A program made the translations under genes and the position numbers. Below, piece by piece: positions 28,381-41,349 of a stretch of 64,000 nucleotides of DNA. This DNA is from Octopus vulgaris (lineage: Eukaryota): NCBI GenBank assembly GCA_951406725.2, contig OX597825.1:76198001-76262000 (forward strand), read 5' to 3'. Position 1 is the stretch's first letter. Each line of letters begins with the position of its first letter. The notes beneath the pieces are model-generated. The model was not told the DNA's origin, did no database searches, and saw nothing but the letters and a program-made list of their open reading frames with translations.

Positions 28381-28606
28381 TTATGTTAATTCTGCATAGA
28401 TCTGATCATCACAGATTTCAGCTGACCTTTCTGTTCTTGGATCTGTATTTTTACATTGATCCTGAGAATTTAGCTCTGAATTGGGTGATTCTTGAATGGG
28501 TTCACTTGTATGAGCTGAATAGATATTTTGTATGCTGTGACGGTTATTATCTTCAGCAATGCCTGTAAATATTGATGTGTTTATCCAGTTTCTGAGCCTC
28601 CTGTAT
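28381..28606 (-). CDS. Exon 12: cytoplasmic tail (YRRLRNW...DDQIYAELT*)
   Basis: Acceptor gtattgcag, phase 2; TAA at 28381-28383; matches ORF 28381..28617. Confidence 0.8.
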
Positions 28607-28688
28607 CTGCAATACACAATATATATTATATATATATATATTTATACATAAATGTGTGTATGTACGTAAGAATGTATATATATATGTA

Positions 28689-28734
<46 letters not shown>

Positions 28735-29049
28735 TGAGTGTGTGTGTGTGTATCTGTGTCTGTATGTATATATGCATGAGCACGCTTTTGTTTTGGAGTT
28801 TATTTAAGGAAGTTCAAGTCTGTCACTAAGAAAGCCATGAGACATTTTGAGTTAAGAAAGTTCCCAGTGTTTGTAAATTTATGGTTGGGTCGATGTTTTG
28901 GTTGATCTGTTGATGCCTCACACTCAAGTGTGTGTGTCAATCCATGTAAAGAATCTCAGATGGAGAATCTTTGGAATGTCTTATACAAGAGTAACTAGTA
29001 TTGATTTCCCTTGAAAATGGACAATATTTGGCATTGTGAAATACTGGTA

Positions 29050-29533
29050 GAAAAGGCTGTTCTTGAGGAGACCTGTTGAGTCAAGTTCGTCAACATCAAA
29101 AAATTCGAATGGTAATTGTAGTTAAGACACCCGTGCTGGTGACATGTAAAAGCACCGTTCAAGCGTGGCAGTTACTAGCGTCGCCTGACTGGCGTCCGTG
29201 TCAGTGACACGTAAAAGCACCAACTGATCGTGGCTGTTTGCCAGCCTGCTCTGGCTCCTGTGCTGGTGGCACATAAAAAACATCCACTACACTCACGGAG
29301 TGGTTGGTGTTAGGAAGGGCAACCAGCTGTAGAAACAATGCCAAACCAGCCTGGAGCGTGGTGCAGCCTCCATGGATTACAAGACCCTGGTCGAACCGTC
29401 CAACCTATGCTAGCATGGAAAACGGACGTTAAATGATGATGATGATATATAAATACATACATACACATACACATACACATACATATACATGCATTCATTC
29501 ATACACACATACATGCATTCATTCATACATACA

Positions 29534-29566
<33 letters not shown>

Positions 29567-29714
29567 GTATATATATCGGAGTGGTTGGCGTTAGGAAGGG
29601 CATCTAGCTGTAGAAACACTGCCAGATCTGACTGGCCTGGTGCAGCCTTCGGGCTTGCCAGACCCCAGTTGAACTGTCCAACCCATGCTAGCATGGAAAG
29701 CGGACGTTAAACGA

Positions 29715-29720
<6 letters not shown>
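29050..29720 (+). mobile_element. Two tandem RTE 3'-tail elements separated by (CATA)n
   Basis: Repeated ttaggaagggca...gctagcatggaaa...gacgttaaa(gat)n. Confidence 0.75.
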
Positions 29721-29755
<35 letters not shown>

Positions 29756-29764
29756 CATACATAC

Positions 29765-30060
29765 AGGGAAGACACATGGCCTAGAGGTTAGGATGTTGCA
29801 CTCACGATCATGAGATCATGGTTTCAATTCCTAGACTGGTTGGTGCATCATACTCTCCAGCAAAACACTTCATCTCACATTGCTCTGCACTTCAACACCT
29901 GACACATGGTGCACAGTGCACCTGTTCAGGCAGCGTTGACTTGACTAAAGAAGTGAGTTAATGTACAGCACATACATTTGATCACTGAAAAACAAATCGT
30001 TTGTGCTGGTTGTTTGGCAAAATGCTGGACACTCCTACATTGTCTTTGACAGGAGAGTCC
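29765..30060 (+). mobile_element. Third SINE family (tRNA-like head)
   Basis: TGGCCTAGAGG A-box-like and GTTTCAATTCC B-box-like; related copy at ~57455-57640. Confidence 0.55.
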
Positions 30061-30186
30061 ATCATCACCATATCTAGACATGTACATATGTATGTATGCA
30101 TGTATATATGTATGTATGCATGCATATATATATATATATATATGCACTATATATATATACACATATATATATACACATATATATAT

Positions 30187-30225
<39 letters not shown>

Positions 30226-30394
30226 CACACACTATATATTTGGTGTTATTTTGCTTCAGTTTTATTTATTTTTTACATTAATCTTAATCTTATTTCGGCT
30301 AAACTGGCAAAATGACCATTCTGGAATATAACAATATCTGTTTCAACACACGACTTCACATAAAAAATCTTGCACAACAAATATATAAATGTAC

Positions 30395-30484
<90 letters not shown>

Positions 30485-30491
30485 GTACCAC

Positions 30492-30528
<37 letters not shown>

Positions 30529-31364
30529 ACTATATATATATATATTTATAAAATTTAGAGGACTGACCGCTAAAATATGAAACTGCTCTGCAGTTAATAA
30601 ATTCCAGCAGCTAATTTACAAGTTAGAGGACATTTTTATTTAAAATTTAATAATAAGGCTAGAAATTGATATTAATCAATTAAAACCAGTGGCTTAGCAT
30701 ATCTAAAAAATCCAACTGGTAAATTGGCTGCTGGAATTTATTAACTGCAGAGTAGTTTCCAATCTCAACGCACCAAAGTGAAGGCATTTGAAAGATACAG
30801 CTAAATATAAATTGTAGAACTTTATACATACTGGATTTCGGTTGAGTGTTCTGTATCTAGTTCTGGAAATCATGTTTTGTAAATGACAGACTATGCTGAC
30901 GATCTTGCAGATATTTGCGTGTCCATATACGTAAAATGGTACATAGGTAATCGTTTTTTTATTTTGTATATTTTCATTTGTCTTGCTTATTTTTACATTT
31001 TGGTTTTTTGCTGAGATTTTTCTTGAGAACACATTCTTCGTGGTAATGGTGATTTGACGTCTATGTTTAGCATATAGGATGTCCACTTTAGAGGTCAGTC
31101 CTCTAAATTTTGTATGTAACACAATTTTTAATCTTCATATTTTTTAAATATGCTAAGCCATTGGTTTTAATTGATTAATATCAATTTCTACCCTTATTAT
31201 TTAATTTTATATATACATATAAATATACATACATATATACACACATACACACACATATATGCACTAATATACACAAATGCACACATACATATATACTAAC
31301 ACATACATATATACTAACAAAAAGGAAACAAAATGAGAGAAAAGATTAATAATATATGAGTTAC

Positions 31365-31428
31365 TTGATACTGAGGATGATGTTGATGCTGAGCAAGAAT
31401 AATATCATGACTGCAAGGAGGCTAATAT
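31365..31428 (-). CDS. Exon 11: transmembrane helix (ISLLAVMILFLLSINIILSI)
   Basis: Acceptor tttcttctttag; donor AA|gtaact; 64 nt, phase 1 to 2; 20 uncharged, mostly hydrophobic residues followed by KYRRLR. Confidence 0.85.
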
Positions 31429-32666
31429 CTAAAGAAGAAAACAATAAGATAATCAAATAATATTTTATATATACTTAAGTAGCAGCTAATATACTTAATG
31501 TAAAATATTATCATCTTTCAAAATTACTAATGTAATTAAAAAGAAAATTAATTAGCCTTAGCGACAATTACCATCAAAATCAAGTGTCGATTCCAGGATA
31601 AAAATTAATAAAAATGTCGAATGGGGACATACTGTAGGAAACGAGTCTCATCATTGGTAAGTAAGAGTAATAAGTGTAGATATGGTTTGGTCTTATTAGA
31701 CTACTTCAGTGAAGTATAGTGATATCTTTTCTTACTGGATCTCATATCCTCTCTGCTGCATGGTACAATTAAATTTTTTTACATAGTTTGAATGTTGAAG
31801 TAGTGTTCATTCCTTTTGACATTGGTTATCATTAATACTAATGATTTTTCTTTCTATAAAGAGTGTAATTTTTAATTCTTTACTTCCTGTGTCATAAAGA
31901 AATAAACAAACCTTGTTTACATTCATATGGAAGGAAATGAGGAAATATCTAATGCAAGCGAGAAAACTCTATCTCATCTATCATTCACTTTTGTTCTTTC
32001 ACAGAATCATAAGACAGGGCTTTTGACTTGGGCATTTTTCAATATGATATTAAGAGTTAATTGATAAAAATTATTTTGGTGTGGTTGAGTCACTTCATTA
32101 AGTTTGTTAACCTCACTTAACTCCTTGTCCTCATACAAGAATTCTTGGTGAAGTTATTCAACTGTCAAACACCAGCTTAATAAGGATAAATCTATTCTAC
32201 TGAAATTTTCATTATTTTCTGAATTATTATAATTAAAACAAAGTTAGAATATTTGAACACTAATGTGATAATAAACGGTTACACTCGTTTAGATATTCTT
32301 GGTGTAGTTATTAAACTTTCACTCAAATACAGAGTTGAGTTTTGAGAAAAGACCCTCCCCAGTCATAAAGTCATATTTAAGAGGCATTAGCCAGTTTCCA
32401 TAGCTATCAAACCATGATATGACCTGACAAAGATTTTCAATATTTGACATTAAGTGGAAACCATTCCAATGATAGTCAGAGAATAATTACAAAGTCTCTA
32501 ACCTAATACACTCACAAGACAGTAGGTTTTTTGTTGGCCCAGGGCGATAGTAAATGACACTTACTCTAGGTGTTATGCAGTGGGACTGAACTTGAAACAG
32601 TGTGGTTGCAAAATGAAAACTTGATAAACAAAAATTATGAGATGATACATGATAAAATATCATTAC

Positions 32667-32708
32667 CTGTTTCCATGGAGGGACTCGTTTCATCATTATG
32701 TATTTTCT
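32667..32708 (-). CDS. Exon 10: S/T/P-containing stalk (KIHNDETSPSMET)
   Basis: Strong acceptor tctttattttttag; donor CAG|gtaatg; 42 nt, phase 1 to 1. Confidence 0.7.
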
Positions 32709-34049
32709 CTAAAAAATAAAGAAAGAAATTTTAATTTAAGATTGACAAAAATATCTCTAAAACACAAACATTATTATTAATCGGAGAAGTCCAATTCTGC
32801 TTCATGTGAGGATTGCCTATCTCAGTCATCGATGCCATCAATTTGGAGGAACCATTCAGTCTGGGAGAAATTCTTGCACCCAAGAACTAGCTGATGACAA
32901 CATCAAATGATGAACAGACAGCTAACATCATCATCAGCATCATTATTTTGGCGTCCATATTTCCATTCATGCATGGAGCAGATGGAATTTGTTGAAGCAG
33001 ATCTTCTATGGCTGGATGTCCTTCATGTTAACAATATGCAAAAATGTGTGTGTGTGTGTGTATTTACACACACATACACACCGTTTCTTGAATAGATAAT
33101 AAGGGATATAATCCAGTCATCTCAATTTTGGTCTACTGCTAGATCTCCTGCAGGATGGCTTGGCTTGAAGTATCTGTCCTTTGAGTCTTTCTTATGTCGT
33201 TCTATGTCATTCATGTCCTTCATACCAGAGCCATGACCTCTCAATGTAAAAAAGTAGTGACTTGACCTGGAGAGACTCCATAATCTCTGAACTACACATT
33301 TTGTTAAGTTTTTCCAGAGATCCTTTGGAGGAACTTCGTTTTGGCCTCTTGTATTTGCAGCCATACTCTTTTAGTCAGGAGTGGTTAAATTTTTCAAAAG
33401 GAGGGCACAAGGTCAGAAGGGAGTATTATTCCAGGAGAAAAGGGCATAATAACATTATTTAGAAGGGTGCACATCTTTTCTTGAGTGCTTCTCAGGCACT
33501 CCCTTTGGTCTGCCCCTGCTTTACATCATTATTCAACATCTATGACTTTAGATGAGGAGAGACTTGAAAACCAAATTGAAGATAATGAGTTTGGCTTTTT
33601 TACCAATTTCTCCATTTAATTAAACATGGTAGTTTGTTCTAGAACTCCTTTTTTTCTCCAAATAATGACATCTCCACACTTCTCACTACTATGACTTTTA
33701 AATATTCTATCACCTCAAACCATAATGTTTAACATTCCATATTGTTCTCCACTGAAAAGTCCAGAAGATTTGATTCCTGGACATTGACAAAATCACCTCT
33801 GGAAAATACTCCTGGGTTGACTGTTCACTACATTATCCACCCAACCGGTTTATGTTGGTGTACATGTGATGAAAGTATGGGTATATGTATGCATCTGTAT
33901 CTCTCTGTATGAGTGTGTATTAATGCGAGTATGTGTATGTGTATGAATGTGTCTATGTGTATGAGTGTGTCTGATTATACTTGATGTTGATGTCTAACAT
34001 TTAAAAAAAAACAGTATTTAAATACGACAATTTCACATACACCATATAC

Positions 34050-34149
34050 CTTTTGTTATTTGAGAAAATGCTTTCACCAAATTATTCAGAATTTTGCTTT
34101 CACCATTTGTTCTGAACTTATACTCTGAGTAATTGTCGATCAAACTTAT
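34050..34149 (-). CDS. Exon 9: module 4 short exon (ISLIDNYSEYKFRTNGESKILNNLVKAFSQITK)
   Basis: Acceptor tcatttcag; donor AAG|gtatat; 100 nt, phase 0 to 1. Confidence 0.75.
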
Positions 34150-35389
34150 CTGAAATGATAGATTTGAAATATCGTTAATATAACTCACCTGATTGAACAC
34201 TGATTATGATTTGCTTCAGTTTCTTGTCAAGGTGTTGATGTTGTTTGTCCTCACATTCTCTATTTCTGTCAACGTTTCATGGGGGAGACACTTTAAATAC
34301 TTTCCATCCCACCCCCTTCCAAATCAGTCAATCACTCAATCAATCAAACAACCAATGATATTTATATTACGAAAGTTTGATAATTAGATTCTATCGATTG
34401 ACTTTTCTCCTAACCAGATGTAGCTATCAATGGGTTATTAACATTTTTCTTTTTAATTAAAAGAGTAGATGTGGATTTAGTACTGAGGTACAGTAGAACA
34501 GTCAACAATTGCATGCTGCTTCCACTGCTTACAGCCATAAGATGTACCATTTGGGGTACCTATATACGGTGAAGTGGAATAAACCAGTAATAATTAAATG
34601 ATATTGGAGATGAATTTTCAGTTGCTCAGGTGGTAGGGCGACACTTTGTGTGTGTGGGGGGTAGTTCATTACATTAGCACGAGGATATTCATCATCATCA
34701 TCATCATCATCATTGTCACCATCTTCACAATTATTATCACTACCATCACCACCTTCAGCAGCAGCAGTAGTATCACCCCACCACTATCTTCATCACCATT
34801 TCCATCATTATCATTATTTAATATTCATTTTCCAAGCTGGCAGGGTTAGACAGTTTGACAGGATCAGACGAATTGGAGGGCTGTCATGCACCATTGTCTA
34901 CTTTGGCATGGTTTTTTTGGCTTGGACACCCTTCCTAATGCCAACCTCTTTACAGGGGTTACTTTTTGTTCTGACATCAACGCTAGTGGTGATTGCCTTG
35001 TAATTTGCAAGGTTAAGGCTCTAAACCAGCCCCCTATAACAGAAGAAGAAATGAGAGAGCTGAAGATGAGTCAAGGCAGAGGGATGGGGGATGGTAAGTA
35101 GGAGGGAAAGAGGGAGGGAATAAGGCAAGGAACAGGGTAGAAACAAAGGATGAGTGATAGGATGAAGAAAAAAGGGGATGAAAGATGATAGGATAGATTG
35201 TGTGTAGTGAGGGACAGGTTTAGGGCTGTCCATCATTGGAAGTTTTAGAAATGAAGTAGCAGTAAAGTTGGTTCCACTAAGAGTCTGGACCCAGACATTT
35301 TGAAGTATCAATTTCACTCCCCTAAAAATTGCACTCTGCCCCTCTATTGTCATTAGATATTTTTCAATAGATTAAAAATATAATTTTAC

Positions 35390-35616
35390 TTCACTGATCT
35401 TTAGAATTTGATGGAAGAAATGGAGTTTTAGACTTGTGATTTCACCCTCTTCAAATGTTTTCAGATTGAAATGCTTAATATAACTATCTCCATACACGGA
35501 GAAGTGATTCCATATGAATTTTCTAGAGGAAGAAGATAACTTGTCTTGAATTATTTCTACAGTGAAATTTCGTTTGTGTTCTTCAGGAGAAATAACTTTC
35601 AATAGCCAATTTTTGC
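35390..35616 (-). CDS. Exon 8: module 4 long exon (KNWLLKVISPEE...EEGEITSLKLHFFHQILKISE)
   Basis: Acceptor tatatttcag; donor GAA|gtaaaa; 227 nt, phase 1 to 0; overlaps ORF 35372..35602. Confidence 0.8.
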
Positions 35617-35644
35617 CTGAAATATAAATTCAGAAAATATGTCT

Positions 35645-35685
<41 letters not shown>

Positions 35686-35986
35686 TAAGTGTGTGTGTGT
35701 GTGTATGTGTGTGTAAGTGTGTGTGTGTGTGCATACACACACATAAATAAATATATATAAATCTTTAAGACACTTACTAAATGGTGCATTTATATCATTC
35801 ACTTCAGGCACACATAATTTGTCACATCATTTAGGACTTGTGGAAGTAGTGATATAATGATTTGGTAGTATGGCAAAAAGTAATGATGTGGCAGTGTGGT
35901 AAGAAGTACAGATGTAAATAATGTAAATAATGTGAAAAATGTAAATAATGTAAATAATGTACATAATTCTGCATCTCTTAAATATA

Positions 35987-36637
35987 AAACATGTCTTGAA
36001 TTCGACGCAAGAAGCCAACTGAAATTATTAATAAAACAGCCTACCCTAGATAAGCTAATTTCTAGATCTGCCTAATGGCTTTTCTGTCTTCACCAGGACA
36101 TATATAGAAAATAAATGAGATATAGGCGCAGGAGTGGCTGTGTGGTAAGTAGCTTGCTAACCAGCCACATTGTTCCGGGTTCAGTCCCACTGCGTGGCAT
36201 CTTGGGTAAGTGTCTTCTGCTACAGCCCCGGGCTGACCAATGCCTTGTGAGTGGATTTGGTAGACGGAAACTGAAAGAAGTCTGTTGTATATATGTATAT
36301 ATATATATATGTGTGTGTGTGTGTCTGTGATTGTCCCCCTAGCATTGCTTGACAACCGATGCTGGTGTGCTTACGTCCCTGTCACTTAGCGGTTCGGCAA
36401 AAGAGACTGATAGAATAAGTACTGGGCTTACAAAGAATAAGTCCCGGGGTCGATTTGCTCGACTAAAGGCGGTGCTCCAGCATGGCCACAGTCAAATGAC
36501 TGAAACAAGTAAATGAAATGAAATATGAATGTCCTGCCGAAGACAGAAAAGCCATTGGGTAGAAATTAGCTAATCCAGGGCCATCTATTTTATTGATGAT
36601 TTCAGTTGGCTTGTTGCATCAAATTCAACATGTGTTT
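35987..36637. mobile_element. MITE-like inverted-repeat element with a SINE inserted at its centre
   Basis: 35987-36103 is the imperfect reverse complement of ~36525-36637. Confidence 0.65.
36123..36520 (+). mobile_element. Full-length tRNA-derived SINE
   Basis: ggcgcaggagTGGCTGTGTGGtaag A box; GGTTCAGTCCC B box; tail gactgaaacaagtaaa. Confidence 0.9.
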
Positions 36638-36812
36638 GCGACTATTTTTAGTGGCAAGACAATTGGGAGTCTATTTCTCAGCAAATAGGATAGAAAATGT
36701 TTTTTAAGCCCTTATTATAATTATACAAATAATTTCACCTGAATCAGTCTTCTTTTTTATATGCTGGCCCCACTAATAAAAATTTTTTTAAATGTCTTAG
36801 TCTCTATTATTG

Positions 36813-36857
<45 letters not shown>

Positions 36858-36860
<3 letters not shown>

Positions 36861-37014
36861 ATATTGGCAGGGCAAGACTGCTAGGTAGTCGGCCGTATGC
36901 TAGAAATAGATATCAACGATCAAACTACAGAGAACTTTCTTTGTAGTTTGATCGTTGATGATCTATTTGTAGCATACGGCCGACTACCTAGCAGTCTTGC
37001 CCTGCCAATATACA
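36858..37014. repeat. ~157-bp near-perfect palindrome
   Basis: tgtatattggcagggcaagactgctaggtagtcggccgtatgcta / tagcatacggccgactacctagcagtcttgccctgccaatataca. Confidence 0.9.
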
Positions 37015-37115
37015 AATATATCAGAATTTTCTCTGATTTCTCAGATTTTTTGCATGCTAGACTACTGGTTTTAAATTGATATTAAAATTAATATTAATTT
37101 ATCTCCCTCATTATT

Positions 37116-37163
<48 letters not shown>

Positions 37164-37168
<5 letters not shown>

Positions 37169-38680
37169 GGTTATTAAAAAAGGATGGACTGATTTCATTA
37201 TGCAATATTTTAATAAGGAATAGCAATAGAAAACTACAGCTATGTCACAAATATTCACTCACAAACTTTTATTTCCTGTCTTATAAGTGTTCAATGTGGC
37301 TACCACCTGCAGCACGGGTAACATCAATGCGATAACAGAATTCCTCCCAGATGTGTATCAGCATATCATGATCCACTGAGTTGATAGTGTTGTTATTCTA
37401 TGTTTATGATTATCGAAGTTAGTGGGTAGTGGTTGAATTTTCTAAGTTTTGAATGGCTGCCACAGAGGCACTGTAGTCACGTTGTTCTTCTGGCAACTTT
37501 CAGTTGTTTCTTTACACTCAGAATGGTGAGTCCTCAGCAAAAGGTGCTCTGTGTTCTTGAGTTCACAAAAACAAATTCGGTTGTCAGGGTGCAGTGTGCT
37601 TTGTGAAGGTGATTCGACATTAATCTGCCCTGTCCTAAGAACATTCGACGGTGGTTTCAACAATTGCAAGACAGTGGGTGTCTGTGTAAAAGGAAAAAGT
37701 CCAGGACAGCCACGAGTTTCGGAGAAGCAAGTGGCAAGAATCCATGCAGCGTTTGAGGGGAGCCCGCAGAAGTCCAAAAATCGAGCTAGCTGTGAGCTTG
37801 TGATCCCTCAATCCACTCTCTGTTGTGTGCTAAGATATCTACATTTGAAACCATACAGACTATGCCTAGTTCAGGCACTTACCAGTGACAAGAGAAAGCA
37901 GATGGAATTTTGCAAATCAATACTGGAGATGACGGAAGTTGAAACCTTCATTTCATGTTTAATTTGTAGTGATAAAGCGTCTTTTCACTTGTATTGCACA
38001 GTCATTCGTCATAATGTGTGTATTTGGGGACCAGAGCACCCACATGAAACAGTTGAGGACAGAAGAGATTCCCCTAAGGTAAACGTCCTCTGTGCTGTGT
38101 CTCAGGAGAAGGTTCATGGTCCCTTTTTCTTTGAAGGAAACACCGTTACAGGACAAACCTATCCCAATATGCTCCAAAACTGGCCCTTCACTTCACTACA
38201 AGCAGATTTGTATAACTTCATTTTTTAATAAGATGGAGTTCTGCCCCGTTGGTACCTGATGGTTCGAGCTTTTTTAAATGAAAAAGTACTCCAGTGATGG
38301 ATTGGTCAGAAAGGGGCCCAAGACTTTGCTCTTTGTGCTTGGCCTGTGAGATCCCCAAACTTCACCATGTGTGATTTTTTCCTTGTGGGAATATATAAAA
38401 GATTACGTTTATGTTCCACCACTACCCACTAACCTCGATAACCGTAAACATCGAATAACAACAGTGATCAACTCAGTGGATCGTGATATGCTGATATGCA
38501 TCCGGTAGGAATTCTCTTATTGCATTGATGTTGCCCATGCTGCAGGTGGTGGCCACATTGAACACTTGTAAGACAGGAAATAAAGGTTGATTGTGAGTAA
38601 ATACTTGTTGCCTAGCTGGAGTTTTCTATTGCTTTTCCTTATTAAAATATTGCGTAATGAAATCGGTTCATGCTTTCAAA
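37164..38680 (+). mobile_element. Tc1/mariner-superfamily transposon (rosa/DD41D-like), decayed, long TIRs
   Basis: TA|CAGGG terminus; ~37180-37348 inverted at ~38508-38668; motifs SDKASFHL, RDSPKVNV, GPFFF, WPVRSPNFTMCDFF. Confidence 0.85.
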
Positions 38681-39273
38681 TTTCACAAAGTTTACCACCA
38701 GCACTTGCAACCTCAGTTTATATATATATATATACACACACACACTCTAAGACTTATTCAGTAATTTAAGACATATACCTGTGAACTTGTAAGATTAACC
38801 ATTCATTACTTCTTTTTCTGTTTTACAGTAGAGATGTAATCCACAGATTTATGAGCACTTTCAATTAACCCCTAATACTAGAGAGATTCTCGACTCATCT
38901 GAAGCTTTAATTTATTAAGGGACTTACTAGAGATACCTTTTATTTCTTCATTCGTTTCATTGATTACACAGAAACCAGCACAAGATCTCACAGAACAAGT
39001 TCTATATGTGATCTCATGCCATACTGATTATTTATCAAAGGAATAAAATAGTGCTACTCATGATTATCAATGACATGAAATTTTAAGAAATTTGTATCAA
39101 GTACCCAAAACAATATGTGAATTCTATGCATATTTTCCCTTGAGTTTCCCTAATTTCAATTTCAAATTTCTAACTCTACTTTGAATTATTACAAAATGAT
39201 TCGCTCCCTTTTAATAGCTGTACCAATTAGAGAGACTAAATGTGGTTGATTTAGTTGTTAAATGTAATCTTAC

Positions 39274-39367
39274 TGTGCAGGAGTTTACAAGAATATTCAG
39301 GTGAGTTTGTCTTGTGTATGTTAGCACAACCATATTCTTCACCAGTAAGTAATCTTGTCATGACAAT
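39274..39367 (-). CDS. Exon 7: module 3 short exon (IVMTRLLTGEEYGCANIHKTNSPEYSCKLLH)
   Basis: Acceptor atttttcag; donor A|gtaaga; 94 nt, phase 0 to 1; same length and Cys spacing as exon 5. Confidence 0.85.
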
Positions 39368-39609
39368 CTGAAAAATTATAGAAGAAAATTGTTAGCTGAT
39401 TAGTTTTATTATATATTTAAATTAACACAAATGTCTACACTGATAGAAGGGCAGTTGTTGCCTCTATGAGTGGTGTTATGATCAATATTTTTCACCCATT
39501 CTAACAGCCAATTTTTGTCTGAAATATAAATTCAGAAAATATGTCATTTAGTGTGTGTGTGTGTAATTCTGTATGACATTAAATGATGCATTTATATCAT
39601 TCATCCAAG

Positions 39610-40900
39610 ACTCATATAACTTGTATAAACCTATGCTAGCTTCTTTTATTTCTTTTTTAAGGGCATCTAGGATATAAAAGCCTACAAGGTCAGCTATCTC
39701 TGTACTGTCATAGCTCCTCATTGTCACATGAAATAGCTTGTCTCCGTTCCTTTTTACCCAGTAGGAATTATCATGAAAGAGTAATGACTTTCTTGTGTTC
39801 ATAAGCCTTGTACACAGACATATGTTCCAAACACCCACCAGCAGTAATTAAATCGATAGTTAACAACGTTAGTAAGTGGATCTCCAATTTATCTGTTGAC
39901 AAAGACACTTTTGAAAAAGCTGCTTCATATCATAATGCTGCATTATAAAAGTCCAACTTCAAAAACAGTATACACTACATTGAACCAAATATAAACAGAC
40001 CAAGAAGATACAGACAGAGGAAAACCTTCTGGTTCAAGCCACCTTATAGCATGAACGTAGCTACTAACATAGTTAGGGAATTCATAAAATTTATAGACAA
40101 TCACTTTCCACATTTACACAAATACCTCAAGATCTTCAACAGCAACACTGTTAAAGTTAGCTATAGCTGCTGCCCCAATATAGGGTTAACAATACTTAAT
40201 CACAATAAACATAAACACACCAGAAACACCCCAGAAAGACAATGCAACTTCGGATCCTCAAACTGCTGCTCTCAAAACAACAACTGTCTCAAGAAAGAAC
40301 CCATATACAAAGCCAAGATGATGGACCCCAACGGAATAGCAAAGACATATATCCGAATGACAGGCAACTCATTCAAGGAAAGGTATACACAACATTTTGC
40401 ATCATTCAGAAATGAAAACAAAAAACATGCGACATCCCTATCAAATATGATATGGATCACAGATAGAATATATCCCAGATAGAATGGAAAATTATTACCA
40501 AAGTCAAAAAAATACAGAGGACAGGGTATCAAATATGAACTCTGCATTACTGAAAAATTAAACATTATACAATCAACAGATAACATCTTAAACATTGGGG
40601 ATGAATCCTTCTCTCCCTGCATACACAAGCAATATTTTACACACAAATACTTCAAAGAAGACCCTGTAGAAACGAAAGTAACCCCACCAGGAGAGCCCCT
40701 TTTCTAAACATGAACACACATAGCACACAAACTTCACAAAAAAGGAAATATGCCCCAATGACGAACTAACTCAACATACAAGTAGAAAAACATCATGCTC
40801 AGAACAAAAACGAATAATGCAAAATAATTAACCACAAAAAAAATTTACCCAAAAGACAAATTCAAGGAAGACAAACACTTGAAAGAAGCCACTCGAAAGT
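39610..40900 (+). mobile_element. Penelope-like element remnant: GIY-YIG part on +, inverted RT fragment on - (39610-39835)
   Basis: KVSYSCCPNI and KTYIRMTGNSFKERY on +; SYDSTEIADLVGFYIL on -. Confidence 0.8.
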
Positions 40901-41183
40901 AATGTCCTTTGGAGTCATTGATTCATTGCTTTATTTAGGCGAATTTAAGAGAAGTCCCATGAACAAAGTGAGACTGTTTCCCAAAATGGAGGTGAACGCC
41001 TTTATCCATGTGATCAGCTTGAAAAATTAAGATATTTTCCTACTTTTCTTAACATGAAACCAATTAGACATAATTCACAAATAAAAGAATTATATATCCA
41101 CCAAAGTGGTGTTGAGCACTCATTTCATCATTTGACATTTACGTGTATAAATATAAATACACGCATACACACACATATATGCA

Positions 41184-41216
<33 letters not shown>

Positions 41217-41349
41217 TAATCTTTGTAGTCACTTCAACATGGCTGTTCCATTGGATCAGACTTCACTGCGATTTTTTTGCCACATGAGGATATCACTTCT
41301 AGCTGGTTAACTATGCACAGCTGCATCAAATATATTGCAAGCAGGAGGG

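Noticed and set aside
31736-31853. Constitutive exon with an in-frame TAA (pseudogene or RNA-editing read-through)
   Set aside because: Exons 34050-34149 and 32667-32708 complete the frame without a stop; kept only as a possible alternative exon.
34189-34560. Candidate exons 34189-34265 and ~34533-34559 on the minus strand
   Set aside because: They need a phase-2 entry that the model lacks, and the 34189 donor is only 39 nt from the exon 9 acceptor.
35390-35616. FN3/cytokine-receptor reading of the ectodomain
   Set aside because: No WSXWS motif. The Trp position and Y-x-C ends across all four modules fit PLAT better, though FN3 is not excluded without structure prediction.
36123-36200. tRNA gene
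   Set aside because: The A/B boxes belong to a multicopy SINE head and no complete cloverleaf is evident.
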